DNA of 64,000 nucleotides from Vermamoeba vermiformis (lineage: Eukaryota), in contig JBEWZL010000056.1 of assembly GCA_045837725.1 (NCBI GenBank), forward strand, positions 186,001-250,000. Reading direction: 5' to 3'. Made by a program: the position numbers and the translations under genes. Positions 42,353 through 55,791 of this stretch are shown piece after piece. How positions within the stretch are numbered: the first letter of the stretch is position 1; each line of letters opens with the position of its first letter. The notes under the pieces are model-generated. The model saw nothing but the letters and a program-made list of their open reading frames with translations, had not been told where the DNA came from and ran no database searches.

Positions 42353-43677
42353 ATGGACCACGATAGAGACATTACTGAAGTTTGGCTTGTACGCCACGGA
42401 GAAACAGATCATAACGCTACAAAGACTGTACAAGGTAATTATTATATTGACATATATAATTGGAGTTTAGTAGGTACACGACTCATTGCCATTCAATTAA
42501 GTTGCAAAATAAAATAAAATAATTGTAAATAATTTTAACATCCGCTGAGCGCAGTGATTTATGCAGAATAGTATACCCACCCTTATTTAATAATATTTAA
42601 TATTAAATTCAAATTAATTCGCTTATTAGGCCAGTCGGATGTCAAACTCAACGAAGAAGGTCTACGCCAAGCAGCCTGTGTTGCTGAGCGACTCAAAAAA
42701 GAATCAATTCCGTTCGATGTTATATATTCAAGCGATTTATCGCGGGCTGTAAGTCCAAGTTAGTGGAGAAAAACAGATTTCGATCCGTTTTCTAACTGAA
42801 GTTTCTTTGATTAGGCTGATACAGCTAAGGCAATAGCATCAAAGTTAAATATGGAAGTTCATTATGAACAGAGACTACGCGAACTCAATTTTGGCGAATG
42901 GCAAAACAAGCCATTGAACGACATCCTCGGGGTGAGCTCAAAAGTTCATTTAGTTTGTAATGAAATATTATGATACCATATGAAAAATATTGATAACGAT
43001 TCTTATTACTAGTAGTAATCAATATTTAACAGGCAAACACCGAAATACTTACAGATCCGCATCATAAAATGGGCGGAGGCGAATCATACACTGAACTGCA
43101 GACTCGCGTCGTTGAATGCATTAGTGAAATAGCTAAGAAGCATAAGAACAAATATATATTAGTCGTAAGTCCAATTCTGAATTACTGATGGATCTGCCGT
43201 TACAATTTTGTAGCGATTTGAAATTGAACTTAACTGAGTGCTAGCAGTTAGTTTTTCCCTGAATATAGTTAAGTAATGATATCTTTGTTAGGTAACGCAT
43301 GGTGGAGCTATTAAGAGCTATTTGTGTCATATTTTGAAGATCCCGTTGTCGAATGTTTGGCAGATCACTACAGGCAACACTTCAATCACAAAAATATTGC
43401 CGTTTGCTACTTCGTGGGTCAAGCTTACTGGTAAGCAAGCCAATATTAGCTTTTTTTGGGTTCAAAAAAAGACCCACAAATAGCCGGTACGCGGATCAGA
43501 TCTTTTTTTTTTTGAGCTCAAAATATGATGATTATGCGTCAAAATAATATGTATATTCCGATGCTAACAATATCACTGCTAGGCATGGTCAAAATTGTCA
43601 ATGATACCTCGCATCTGCACGTGCACCACGATAACTCAATGCCAGGCAAAGAACAAAAGCAAACTCTCTCGCTATGA
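42353..43677 (+). CDS. Histidine phosphatase / phosphoglycerate mutase family protein
   Basis: LVRHGETDHN, QGQSDVKL, SSDLSRA, LRELNFGEW, GGES, VTHGG, NDTSHL. Confidence 0.93.
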
Positions 43678-44141
43678 TAATTAAAAGATGCTATATAAGC
43701 CTTAAATAAGGACAATTACACCGATTAACGTCTTTACCTTATTCCGCTTTGGATCAAAAAAAAACTTGCCAAATCCAGCGCGCAGAACAACAAATTAAGG
43801 ATGAAGCAATAATGGACAATATCAGCATTAGCAATAATATCGCGATTAGAAATATCTGCAGAAAAGTTGTTCTCAAAGAAACACTGCCCGTAGAATCTTC
43901 GGATGTCTTCGGAACACGCGAAAAAAAAAAAAAACAGAACCATATTCATTAATGTTGCCATATTTTAGAAGCAAAAGCACTTCACTATAACGATTAGACA
44001 CTAACGGTAAGTTGAAACTCAGATTCTGCTCCGAAGTAGTCCTGCCAGTATTTTAATAAATTAACATAATTATCAGTCCAATAATCTTAACAATATTATT
44101 ATACTGCAAGCGCTTAACAATAAAATTAGATTCAGACCACT

Positions 44142-45923
44142 ATGGATCAGGTTCCTTCAGAAATTCAAAAAATCATAGTCTCCTTTATGGATCACAACAC
44201 GAAGCTTAATTTCCGAGCAACGAGCACGCATTGGTTTAAATTTATCGATTATAGAGATTTTTCGCTCTATTTTACGCGCGAGTCAGATTTACCAGCAATA
44301 GCAAACCGTCTTGCGCAATACACGGCACCTATATCGCTCTCATTCAACAAACAATACGAAGCTTTCAAATTTGATGCATTCGCGGAGCATTTTACGAAGC
44401 TGACATCATTAACTGGATTAGATCTGCCCAGATTCCATATCGTGTCCATGGTAGAGGATAGCGGAAAAGAATATTTGATATTATCAACTCTTAGTAATCT
44501 GAAAAGTCTAAGAAATCTGGATAATCGCATTGGGACCAAAGGATACGATATCACAAACGTCGGCAAAAATTTCAGCAATTTAACTTCACTTCAAGTTTTG
44601 CGTGTGCAATTAGTATATGGCCGCCGAATACCATCGATGGAAGCTGCAGCGCCAATCATTCGACAAAATCCAAACCTCATTGAACTCGATCTAACTGTCA
44701 GCAAGGCTATTGTGGATCAGCACTTTGTCGACATGTTCACCAACCACAGCAAGCTCACAAAGCTCTCAATTGCTGCTGATCGAATAGACTACCGCGCCTG
44801 CAATGCGTACAGCGTCTTCAGCAACTTGAAGGAGTTGAATATTGGAAGTGGGGGACACTACGCTATCAATTTGCCAATCGATGAAGGGACCGTGGGACAG
44901 CTGACTAATTTGGAGAGCCTTTATCTACATTCTCAATCACCCTTAGTTAATCTCAGCAGATTAGTGAATCTAACAAAGTTGCATGTGATCAACGCATCCG
45001 GCTTCGAAGATGGGTGGTCCAAATGTTTCGAGTCCTTCTCGGCCTTGAACAAACTAAAGCACGTGTCGCTAGCTCTGCAAGAATGCGATACAAAATACGA
45101 ATTTTTGAGCGCGTTCACGGCACTTGAAAGGCTTTCTATGTACCGCAATGCCTACCAGCCCAAGCAATCCCTCTTTCTGCACATCCGCTCAACACACTTG
45201 ACAAAACTTGATATTGAGTCGTCATCAGAGCTTAATTATTCTGAAGGACACTTTCAGTCACTAAGCAATGTGCAGAAGCTGCGTCTGGTAGTCGCACAAG
45301 CCATTGACAACACAGCTCTTGAGACACTACTTGGCTCGATGCGACACTTGACAAAACTGACCTACAAGTCTAAGGAAAGCAACGGTGACGAACTGGCTGT
45401 CTTTGAAAAGCTCTCGAGCTTGCGCGTGCTCGTGTATCATTACAACGACGACCCAGGGAATGCAAGAAAGATTGGTCTCGCGCAACTGACACTACTCGAG
45501 CGCCTCAAAGTCAACGATGTGGTTGAGCTGACTGATTTGCAGTACTGTCCGCACTTGACAGCTCTTCACTGCGGTACCAACACTAAGCCCGGCAATGACT
45601 ATAAGTACCTAGCCTCGCTGCCTTTGAAATCTTTGCACTTTCCTCGCTTACGCCCAGACAATCAGCTCTTGCACGCGATTGGTCAGCTGACTAATCTTGA
45701 AAGTTTGCTACTGACCGAAGCTGAAGACGAGCATTTCTTGCAATTGAGTCGATTAGTCAACCTGACCAAACTAGTCGTGCAGAGATCACCAAAATTTACT
45801 GGCGCGACTCTGGGCCCGATGACTGCCTTGCAAGAACTAGATTCGGCAAATGTCTCAAAACCGGACCTCAGTCCAGCCCAAGACCTCAATTTGCCTTACT
45901 TGTACAGAGTAAATAGGATGTAA
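44142..45923 (+). CDS. F-box/leucine-rich repeat protein; intronless, 593 aa
   Basis: MDQVPSEIQKIIVSFM..FRATSTHW (F-box) followed by many LTxLxxLxL repeats. Confidence 0.88.
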   Translation: MDQVPSEIQKIIVSFMDHNTKLNFRATSTHWFKFIDYRDFSLYFTRESDLPAIANRLAQYTAPISLSFNKQYEAFKFDAFAEHFTKLTSLTGLDLPRFHIVSMVEDSGKEYLILSTLSNLKSLRNLDNRIGTKGYDITNVGKNFSNLTSLQVLRVQLVYGRRIPSMEAAAPIIRQNPNLIELDLTVSKAIVDQHFVDMFTNHSKLTKLSIAADRIDYRACNAYSVFSNLKELNIGSGGHYAINLPIDEGTVGQLTNLESLYLHSQSPLVNLSRLVNLTKLHVINASGFEDGWSKCFESFSALNKLKHVSLALQECDTKYEFLSAFTALERLSMYRNAYQPKQSLFLHIRSTHLTKLDIESSSELNYSEGHFQSLSNVQKLRLVVAQAIDNTALETLLGSMRHLTKLTYKSKESNGDELAVFEKLSSLRVLVYHYNDDPGNARKIGLAQLTLLERLKVNDVVELTDLQYCPHLTALHCGTNTKPGNDYKYLASLPLKSLHFPRLRPDNQLLHAIGQLTNLESLLLTEAEDEHFLQLSRLVNLTKLVVQRSPKFTGATLGPMTALQELDSANVSKPDLSPAQDLNLPYLYRVNRM

Positions 45924-46226
45924 TAATATCTAAATAATGTCACATTTCGACGGCGTTTATTTTTGATGGTTTGAATATTCTAAAATATGGAAGATCTATC
46001 ATCCAAATGATACATTGATTCCGGCAATATTAATAATTTACCTCGCGGCAATTTGTTTAACTCCCGTTCACAAAAAAGTCATGATTAATGACATTATATC
46101 TCTGCCTCCGCAATCGGCACAAAAAAGATGGATCCAGATAGTTTTTGACGCGTTTCAATAAACAAAGTTAATTTAATGGTATTAGTACATACGTGAATAA
46201 GACAAGCGAAATATCGTTATCAAATA

Positions 46227-49200
46227 TTACTTCTTCTTATCCTTTTTGTCATCTTTCTTGTCCTTGTCTTTGTCCTTCTTATCTTTCTTATCCTTTCCTT
46301 TTTTGTCTTTTCCTGTTGGTTCAGGCACGGCAGTTGCATTCGACAACGGACGATCCAAATCGGGCTTAACAGCGTCCAATAATTGCGTGATTTGGTACGT
46401 GACCAACTAAAATAATATCTTTGAGCACGTGCTCTGAAACTGTGAAAAATATCGTTCATGAACTTACGTGTTTTGTGGCCACAGAGTCGAGTTGTGTGAC
46501 GATATCTTCACCACGTGCAGCCATCCATTCAACGAGCGACTCAATCGCTTGTTTCTCTTGCAACCACATCGGCTCAGGGGCCTTGTTAGACGCGCTCTAA
46601 AAGCATTAAGATGAGTGGTGTGTTGGCGTTGATCACGCGATCTAAGGCACTTACTGAAGGACTTCGAGCCCATCGTTCAGTTTGTTGAATAATCGAGTTA
46701 ATATCCGCTTCAGTGATGGGTTGTTGCTCGATCCAGAAACGTGACTTGTTCGCGTAATTGCGCAAAATGTCGCTCAGTAAAGTCAATGTGCGTTGTGCTT
46801 CACGCTTAGGCTTATCTAAACACGTAAATGACGTTAATACTGGAACTCTAGAACTTTCCTAATATGGCAAGTCCAAAGTGTCAAATGTCGCTCTCTTTTA
46901 ACTTACCATTCAATACGCCATAAAGGTGAGGATTCTCCAAGCATTGCGAGAAGAAATTAACGCACAAGAATTGGAACACGTCTTGCGAAGTGCTGTCAGT
47001 GAGCGTGTTGGCGAACAACCACAAAGATCTGGGTGCCGAGTTCAAGTTGTTAAGCAGCGTGTCCAGCACAGCTGTAGTTAACTTCTTCAACTTTTGCAAG
47101 TTTTCTTCGCGGTTGAAAGTTGATTTGTAGGCCGGATCAAGTTTCGCGGGGTCGATCTGGATCGCACAGTTAGTTGCAATGCACAAACGAATTATAAGCA
47201 AATAGAGGCTTACCTCGAGGTAAATATTCTGGTTAACGATGTTGCTAACAATTTCACCGAGGACTAATCTCGACCAGTTGCTGCAGAACTTTGTGCAATA
47301 TGACGTGAAAACAGATCGCGAGACACTTTGGTGCAAGAAAGTGTGGGCTATAAATAGCAACATATCAGTAACCTATAGTAATACAGTGCATTAATACGTA
47401 CTAGGATAGTTGGCTTCTGCCTGCACAGCAACTTTGAACAAGAATTCGACTTGCTCGTTGGCGTGGAAGATGGTGCTCAACCAGTCTCCGAGTGGCTTCA
47501 ACGAACCAGCTTCTTTCTCTGAAGAAGTCAAGGCAATGATAGTCTCGACGACTTCTTGGTTGTCCATCAACATCTACGTGAAAAAATGGGTAAGTTTTTG
47601 ACGAGTACAGATGTGGATGTGGATCCAGGATACTTACTCTAACGAATGATTGGGCCTTAGGATCATCTTTGCCAGTGCAAGGAATGATGTTGAAGACCTT
47701 CTTGGCGGGCGTAGGCTCCTCGCTCTTCTTGCGCGTGGGCGGCGTTTGGCCCAAGGCAGGAGTAGCATCGGAAACAGCTCCGAATGACTTCAAAATGCTG
47801 CGAACACGATCACCGAGCACAGCAGTGATTTTTTGTTTGTATAACGCTGCGGTGAGAGTGGTCGAGCCCTTCATCAAGTCGCCTAACCGAGCTCTGCAAG
47901 TAATAGTCGTCTTGACCAATGTGTCCAAGCACTGTGAAGCGCCATCGACCTCGGGAGGATATGTCTGGCACGTGCATTAGTAGTGTTGTAAAGAGGACAG
48001 AATGTCCAATGAATCACAAATTGAAACACTGTGGATCTGATAAGTGTGACCGCTACTTACTCGAACGCGATCAAAGAACATCAAGGCCTCGTCTGTATTT
48101 CTTTCCAAGAATCTGTTCATGTCTTGCAAGTACGGTTCCTAACACAAAAATTAATCACTGGTTCTCGCGGTTGGATGACAAAGGCATACCTTGAATGGAG
48201 CTTGATTGGCCAAGTTCTGCAACAATTTTCCGACCAACAACAGCGTTCGCTGAGCGTTAGCTTGGACTGCAGAAGAGCAGTTAGCACGTGCCACATTGGT
48301 CGAGGTTTCATCGAAGTGACTTACCAGGTTCGGGAACAATGCCCGCAGATTCAGGTGAGGCAATGGCAGGACACAGCAAGCGCAAGAAAATAAAGCCAGC
48401 AGCTGCAACGTCTTCCTTGCCTGGGAACTTCTCACCGACGGCGGCACACAATATTTTACAAACGTGAGACAAGTCCCTGTGACGATGTTAGCTCGATAAT
48501 TAAATCACAACTGTGACGTGTACGTACTTTGGAAGGTTGGTGACTGAATCGAAAATTCCGTCCAAGAACTGTTGCGTGAGATTTTCAAGCTTGTCAAAGT
48601 TTTCTTTCAACAACGTAGGATTGTTCAAGCGGTTAGGATCGACCTAAGTGACGTTAGTATCTTGTTTCACTCGTGCCGGATGACTTACTTCCAACAACAT
48701 GTTTGATTTAGCCACGCTCTCGATGAACGGAGAGAGTGTTTGTTTGACGTAATCGCCACCAACGCGCTTTTGGAACACACGAATCAATCTGCTCGGCAAC
48801 TCTTCGCTGCGGAACAACGTGGACGGGTCCTCTGTGATAAACGACTAGTCAGGACCTGCTGCAAATATGAAGGTAGCGAATGAACGTACTTGTCTTGTTA
48901 ACTTCGGCTTGGATGGCGTAAGTGAGCAGTTCGAAGGTCTTTTCTTTTTCTTGGTACAAATCCAACAGGGCACCAGCAGTCTCGTCACCATTTTGACGTG
49001 TCAAAGTCTTACCGAACAATTCAACAAAGTTGAAACCGTTCAAGAACACCTAAAGGTTGTTAGCACCGTGAACTTTATGCTCGAATAGTCGCGCGTACCT
49101 TGGAATAGGCAACACGTTTCTGCTCTTCAGTGAGCCACACACGAGCCTCGTTGAATGGGATCTCTTCGAGACCTTCGTCCTCTTCTTGATCGGTCGAGAA

Positions 49201-51137
49201 GATACCCACTGCAGTCGGAATTTCGTCTTGTGATGACACGCCTTTGAGACCTGAACCACTTTTAGGTCCTTCCGAGGGGTTTTGAGGGTTTGTGCTCCTA
49301 TGGATTATTATAATGAGCATTGCTATTTTTTGGTGTGCTAATCTATTTTTGTTACGTACTTGGCCAGCTCGCTCAATTGATCCAAAGCGCTCAACTGGTG
49401 TTCAATATTCTCGCCGTGCTTGGCCGTCAATAGTTGTTGCTCTAGTTGTTGTCTTTGGAGCTCGGCATCTATACAAAGTATGAATATAAATTACGCCTAG
49501 AAAAGGCTGAGATAATGCACGTACTTTGCAACAACATCTTGAGTTTGACCGCCTCGACACGAAGTTTCTTGACTTCAGCTTGGTCTTTCTCATTCGATTG
49601 TTTCAACTTCTTAATCTCTTCGTCTTTAAGTGCCGCAGCTTCAGCCAATTTGCCCAATTTTTCCTATTTTGTAACACGAATGTCAAACGTGTACTCGTGA
49701 ATTATTAACCAGTGATAGACGTACCTCGACGCTCTTGAACTGCATACCGGGCTGTGGACCCTTGTTGCCGACGTCTTTGTACAATTCTTTCAATTGCAAG
49801 TTTAGCTTGCGGATCTGGTCGTCTTTCTGTTGCACTTCTTGCTGATATTTTTCACGTGTAGTTTGTTCGGCTGTGTTTGCTTTGACTTTATATTGATTGA
49901 GCTCGTCTTGTATTTGCATTTGCATTTCTAACGTGCGTGTTTGTGACTGTCTTGCTTCAATCAATTGACGCAAGATCCACCTCGGACACCGAAGCATTTC
50001 TTAAATTAGAACATATTAGTACACATTTAAATTAATTATTCGTGTCGTAACGGGTATTTAATTATCAGTATTAGTAATAGTAAAGTGTTTAACGCAGATT
50101 TCGTATTATTGCAATTGTTATTAATCGTGGAGAGCACAAAAATCTGCCTGTCAGAAGATTCGATGTTTACTGCTTGTAATTTAAAGAATAGCTTGGCTAT
50201 AATATCTCTAAGATTATCTCGTATTTTTACCTGTTTTAATAAGCGCCGGATCGACCGGATCGTTCACTTGTAAATCCGAAACTTTATCAGTAGCGAAAAT
50301 ATAGCACGCTGGATTCGTCAAAAGCCATGAACGGAACTTTGAAGTAACTTTTGACGCTGATACGCGGCTAAAAAGAATGGAGTAAGTTCAGGGAAAAGAG
50401 CTTGGATGCATGAAATTTCGTGTCAGTAGCGAAAAGATTTCGTTTCCGCGTGAAGGTAAAATTGAATAATAGCGTGCTATATGGAGATCATTGTAAATAG
50501 TAAATCTGAAATTTTGCAAATATTTTTTATGGAGGCGATCAGGCCTGTAATTAAAGACTTTTGATTTAAGAGTTGTCGCATTGCTTTAATAAGAATGCCA
50601 TTATAAACGTACCTGTCATGCAGCTCTTTCACGATTTGTTCCGCATTTTCTGTGCTAGCGCCTGTTTTAGCACTAACTACTGCATCTTCGATATTTAACA
50701 GACCATGCTCGATTTTATTTAACGCCTGGAATAGCTGATTCGAGTGAGCAATATAAGGACGCTTGCACTCTGTAAATATTAAAGTTAATTGGAATCTGGA
50801 AATTTTATGTTACCGTTGAATTATTATTATTTGAATCACCGCGAGTCGTATGAAAAAATTAATAATAAAATAATTCCGTGCTACGCACGGAATATTACTA
50901 CCATAAAAACCAATTTTTACCTTTCATCAGAGCCTGGAACTCGAATGTGAAACTGGCTGCACTTTTGCAAGCCTCAACAATATTGGCTTTAGTACTCTCA
51001 GTTGTGATCTCCATAGTCTCTTTTTTAGCCATAGCTATCACTTTAATGACGGCATCTGTAAGCTCTTTTTCCTTCGTGGCGAACTCTTCCTCCACGGGAA
51101 CAGATCCGGTTGGTACTAATAACAACGACATGGACAC
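46227..51137 (-). CDS. RasGAP protein with an N-terminal helical/coiled-coil region, two GAP domains (the second degenerate) and a KDKK tail
   Basis: GAP1: STLFRSE, LEVDP, FIFLRLLCPAIASPE, RTLLLVGKLLQNLAN. GAP2: YLEIDP, RTLTLLSDILRNYAN. Exon 50368-50232 links the N-terminus in frame. Confidence 0.88.
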
Positions 51138-51553
51138 TGGAGTTTGTCAACAAGTCGTTCTAGGATCCGTTGTGTATCTTAAGCTCCGAAAGAATTTTAA
51201 AATAGAACAACTTTGTGTGATCCTTATTTTACTGTGACAGATCAACAAATTGTAGTCTAATTTGCAACAAAGCAACAAGCACATTGCGGTACTAATAGTA
51301 ACCTTAGTAAGAAAAACAGGCTTGACGAAGAATGAAGCATGCTGCAGGAAATACGCTGTTTATTCGTCGGCGTTGCTCTGCAGAGAAACTACAATGAATG
51401 ATAGAGACATAATAAAAATAAGACTACAAATGGTGTATTAATGCCAAGGCGGCGAAGCACAAGATCAAATTTGTGCACAACAACAAAAAGATCAGATCAC
51501 TGGCCGTGCAGCAACACATTACCAAGGCCTGTCAAGTTTCAAGTTAACAATAT

Positions 51554-54535
51554 ATGGCTAAAAGAAAAATAAAAGATATCTCCACCCACGAAGAAGGACC
51601 AGAGACCAAGAAAATCAAGCTGGATGAGGTAAAATAATTTTTTGCGAAAATACTCTACATTTATTTTAGAAAATCAACGCCATTTAGTATTATCGTTAGC
51701 TGCTATAAAAATTAATTTTGATTTTTAACTCTTCTTGGAAAGGTAACCCTAGAACCACATCCACAATGCTCTTTCTCCGCCCTGCCATTGGAGATCATCA
51801 GCGAATATATTTTCAAATATTTCGACTTCCAGAAGTGCCTCGAATTACTCGTCCTCGTTTGCAAACAGTGGCATCTGGCAGCACAAGTGTCAACCATGCA
51901 CAAACAGCTCGTAGTGCACATATTAGACAATATGGACTCTATAGGCTCCGTATTATCAACGTATGGCGTGAACACGTTAATACTAAATCCAACTAACAAG
52001 GAGGCTACTTTACGAGATTTGGCTCAGATGCTGAATGCGGTGCCGAAACTGACAACACTAGTGTGCAAGGCCGGTAGTGCCATAAGCCACGAAATAGAAG
52101 GTGCTCGATATTCAAAGGCACCACAAGACAATGAATCTACTTTCGAGCATATCAAAACGCTGTCCGTCGCTCAGCTCAAGACTATGCAGCTGCTAACAAA
52201 ATTCCCAAACCTCACTCAACTCAAAATAGAATCGTTGTGGACGGCGTACAGCACATATAGACCACCAGCTAAAGTCGTGTACCCAACTGTGACCGAACTG
52301 GAACTGAACGCCCAGCACGGCTCGGCATTGGAAAGCATCACAGATAGTTTTCCAGGCTTGAAGACGCTATTTGTCAATGACATGGGCGGCACTGTTGCGC
52401 TACGATTTCTTGATGCAATCACCGAGAATCACGGCGTTAAAGTTATTTTGAATCGAGATCCACATAACTTGACGGCCCTGTCGTACGTCGATTACTTCAA
52501 TGCCTGTGGACGTACTCCGTTGCAGTATTTTATCGAAAAAAAGGACAATAATAAGGTCAAGGAAGTACTAACAAAGTATACTAATGAAACATACGAACGA
52601 GACCTGCTCATGCGCCAACCACAGTTCAAATTTCCAACGAGACACACGTACTTTCAGTCCCATACTTCTGAAGTCAAAAAGTCCTCGCTGTCAAATGAAA
52701 TGATCTTCACGTTAGTCGAGAATGGTGGTCTCGGTTATTGGAGTGCCCTGTACTTGATTTCAGACGTCGGCACAGTAAAGAAGACTCTGATGTTGGCCAA
52801 TCAGCATCGACCTGTGCCCTCCGAGGCCCTCAAAGCAATGGCAAAACTGAATTGTCACCTATCAGTACCTGTCAATCAAATAGCAGACCTCGTTGGCGAA
52901 GACACGTTCAAAGAAATCGCGACAGTTAGAGACAACCAAGGCAACACGCTGCTGCACTTACTGGCGCGCAAAAGCGCCAACTTGCCGGTGTACTGGGACC
53001 ATGTGATTCCTTACAGCGACATTCACGCGCTCAACAATAAGCAAGAGAACGCAGCAACGATTGCTTTTCATGCCAGACATTGGATGTGTTGGCAAATGCT
53101 AGTAGAACAAGGTACTGCAATCCAACAAGAAAAGTACATACAAGATCTCGCGAGCACGAGACATTTGTTGACGTGGATCTTGAACACTGCAACGTCGTTT
53201 AGAATTATGAAGTACTTCAAGGAGTCCAGCAGCTATCTGCAGACCATGTTCTTCGAGTTACAACACTTAACTTCCCCACGAAAACACTTTCTATTTAGAA
53301 AACTGATCAAGCTCGGAGTTGACCCAAAGCAATACAACCACCACGGACAATCGCTGCTCAATACCTTGGTCGAACAGACTGCCAATACGTTGATAGAAGA
53401 ATGGGACTGCATTGCTGAATGTGATCTCAACTTGGACGAGCGTGACAGCAGTGGCAGAACGCCACTCATTACCGCGATTAAACTTGGCTTGCTCAAAAAG
53501 GCCAAGTTTCTGCTAGAGAAGGGCGCTAATCCAAACATACATGGCATTACGGCACGTGGCAACAAGATCTATCCTGTGCAATTAGCTCAAACAGTCACGG
53601 ATGATAACGTGATAAACTTACTTGCAGCGCACGGTGCAGACTTCACAATTGAAGACAAAGATGGAAACACGATCATCAACGCAGCTATTACCAAGCACAA
53701 GTTCGTCGACGTCAAAGCTCTAGCTGCACTCGTCTCCATCAACAAACCCAACAAGCACAACATGACACCTCTCGCACAATCCATCTGCATTGCTGATTTG
53801 ACCAAAGTCGAAGCGTGCCTGGCAAGCGGAGCGGATGTCAATCAACTCGCGGGACCACTGCTGCAATCTCCGTTGTTGCTAGCTCTAGAAGCAGATGAGC
53901 AAGCCATTGTGCGGTGTCTTTTGGCAACAGGACGAGTCGACGTGACGCTGAAAGATAAAGCTGGTCGATCATTCATCAATTACTTGCTTCGAACAGAGCC
54001 GCTATGGGAAATTAGTACGCGTCAATGGATGATCAACGATGACTTTAATTCTAACTTTTTATTAGGCCCCGAGATATTAGCGATTATTCCAATCCATTAC
54101 GCGACGCCAAAGAACATTTCATTCGTCAAAACTGAAGTTGAAGCAATTCTCAAGACACCAGAGACATCACACTTTGCCACGAAGATTCTCAAGTTTGCTA
54201 CGAATGATATCACCTTTACGAAGTTCTTCATCGAAGTACTTGGCATTAACGCTAATATTGAGGACTCTAATGGCGACACGATGCTCTCGCTGATCGAATT
54301 TCACGCACGCAAGTCACCTCTAGTAATTGACTTTCTCGTGTCACGTGGTGCAAATGTCAATCATCAGAACAAGCAAAAGAACACGCCATTGATGAAGGCA
54401 ATGGATATTATCGCACGTGACAAAGACGATGAACATGTGCGAGTGCTGCTGAGGAATGGTGCATCCGTCGAACTCAAAAACATTTGGGGTCTTGCTCCCA
54501 TTGACATCGAGCCAACAATCATGAATAAGAAATAA
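51554..54535 (+). CDS. F-box + LRR-like + ankyrin-repeat protein; one intron, then a 2.8-kb exon
   Basis: Exon 1 MAKRKIKD..KKIKLDE is NLS-like. LPLEIISEYIFKYF..LVCKQW is the F-box. Ankyrin motifs: GNTLLHL, GRTPLITA, GANPN, GANVN. Confidence 0.9.
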
Positions 54536-54758
54536 TATCCAACGCGGTAAGTATTTAAACCATTGCCTTATTGTAGCGCAATGGTAGCCTCAAGGCTCTA
54601 TTTTTAATTGAAAATTTAATTGAAAATTGGATGTTTTTTCGAAAGGCGCAATTCTCGTGTGATGTCGTCATGCGCTTGGTATAATTAATACATTTTGCTC
54701 GCATTATTCTTTCTAATAACATTGACTTACTTGATCCAACAAATTCTTAATTCGAACA

Positions 54759-55586
54759 ATGAATACTCAAATCGATTATTCTAAGGTGGGCAATGAGCCT
54801 CAAATCGTAGTTCCTGGCGAAGTAAAGACTACCAAGGTTTGTACAATTAATCTAAGCAAGGTCGAGTGATTGCGTAACAAAACTAACCTGATCTCATGTA
54901 GCAACGCTTGTTAGAAGCAGGATCCAATCTGATCCAATCATTTGCTCCTGTTCGTCAGATCCACATGCACCTTTGTGGATTTGCTTTTTACAAAGACGAT
55001 CCTGAGAGACAAGTCGAGCTGCACCACTTCACATCGGCGCTGAATGATGATGTATTCCAATGCGCAGTATACGACGGCGAAGGATCTTCGGCAAGACTGA
55101 TCGGCATTGAATACGTCATCAGCGAAAAGCTTTTCAAAACTTTGGATGCCGATGAGAAAAAGTACTGGCACTCGCACATGTACGACATCAAGTCTGGTAG
55201 CTTCATTGCGCCTAGAATACCCAATGCCATCGATCATACTCTCGCTCAAGACTTAGCTCTGACCTACGGCAAGACTTGGATTCTCTGGCAAACCGATCGC
55301 GGCGATACTTTGCCTATTGGCGAGCCTAAGCTTATGATGGTCGCTACCAAGGATGGCGAATGGGATCCTAAGCTTTTTGAAAGAAGGTAAGCTCACCCTA
55401 TTAAAATTGCCGGCAAAATGAAAGTTCCGCTTCTTGATCTAACAATAATTTTTGTACAGAGAGGCTAAATATGGCAAACCTGACTATCATAAGGAAACCA
55501 GACAATTAAGAGCGGATTTGAAGTACCCGCCACCTGATGTAAATGCCGACTGGAACCAAAGCTTGCATCCGACTTTCCAATCTTAG
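54759..55586 (+). CDS. DUF1264 / oil body-associated protein (OBAP) family
   Basis: QIHMHLCGF, QCAVYD..ARLIGIEYVISE, YWHSHMYD, TYGKTW..WQTDRGDTLPIGEPKLM. Confidence 0.93.
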
Positions 55587-55791
55587 ATCCGCTGTTTAAT
55601 GCCCTCTCATACATGGACCCACGATGAAAGAGGTCTTGTAAATAAACAGTTTAAAATGATCTTCATAATAATGTTTGATCTGTCGCGCTCAATTCCCAGA
55701 ACTGCAGTTCATCGCGCAAAAAAATAATTCGGCTTTTTTTCATCATTCGAAGCGACTAAGACCTCAAATGACTTAAGTCGCGCTACATCAC

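Noticed and set aside
50287-50435. Intronic C/D snoRNA suggested by repeated ctga
   Set aside because: No clear box C, and one copy lies inside a coding exon needed for frame continuity.
50873-50893. 9-bp hairpin attccgtgc-tac-gcacggaat in an intron
   Set aside because: Isolated and short, with no further copies or target-site duplication to suggest a MITE.
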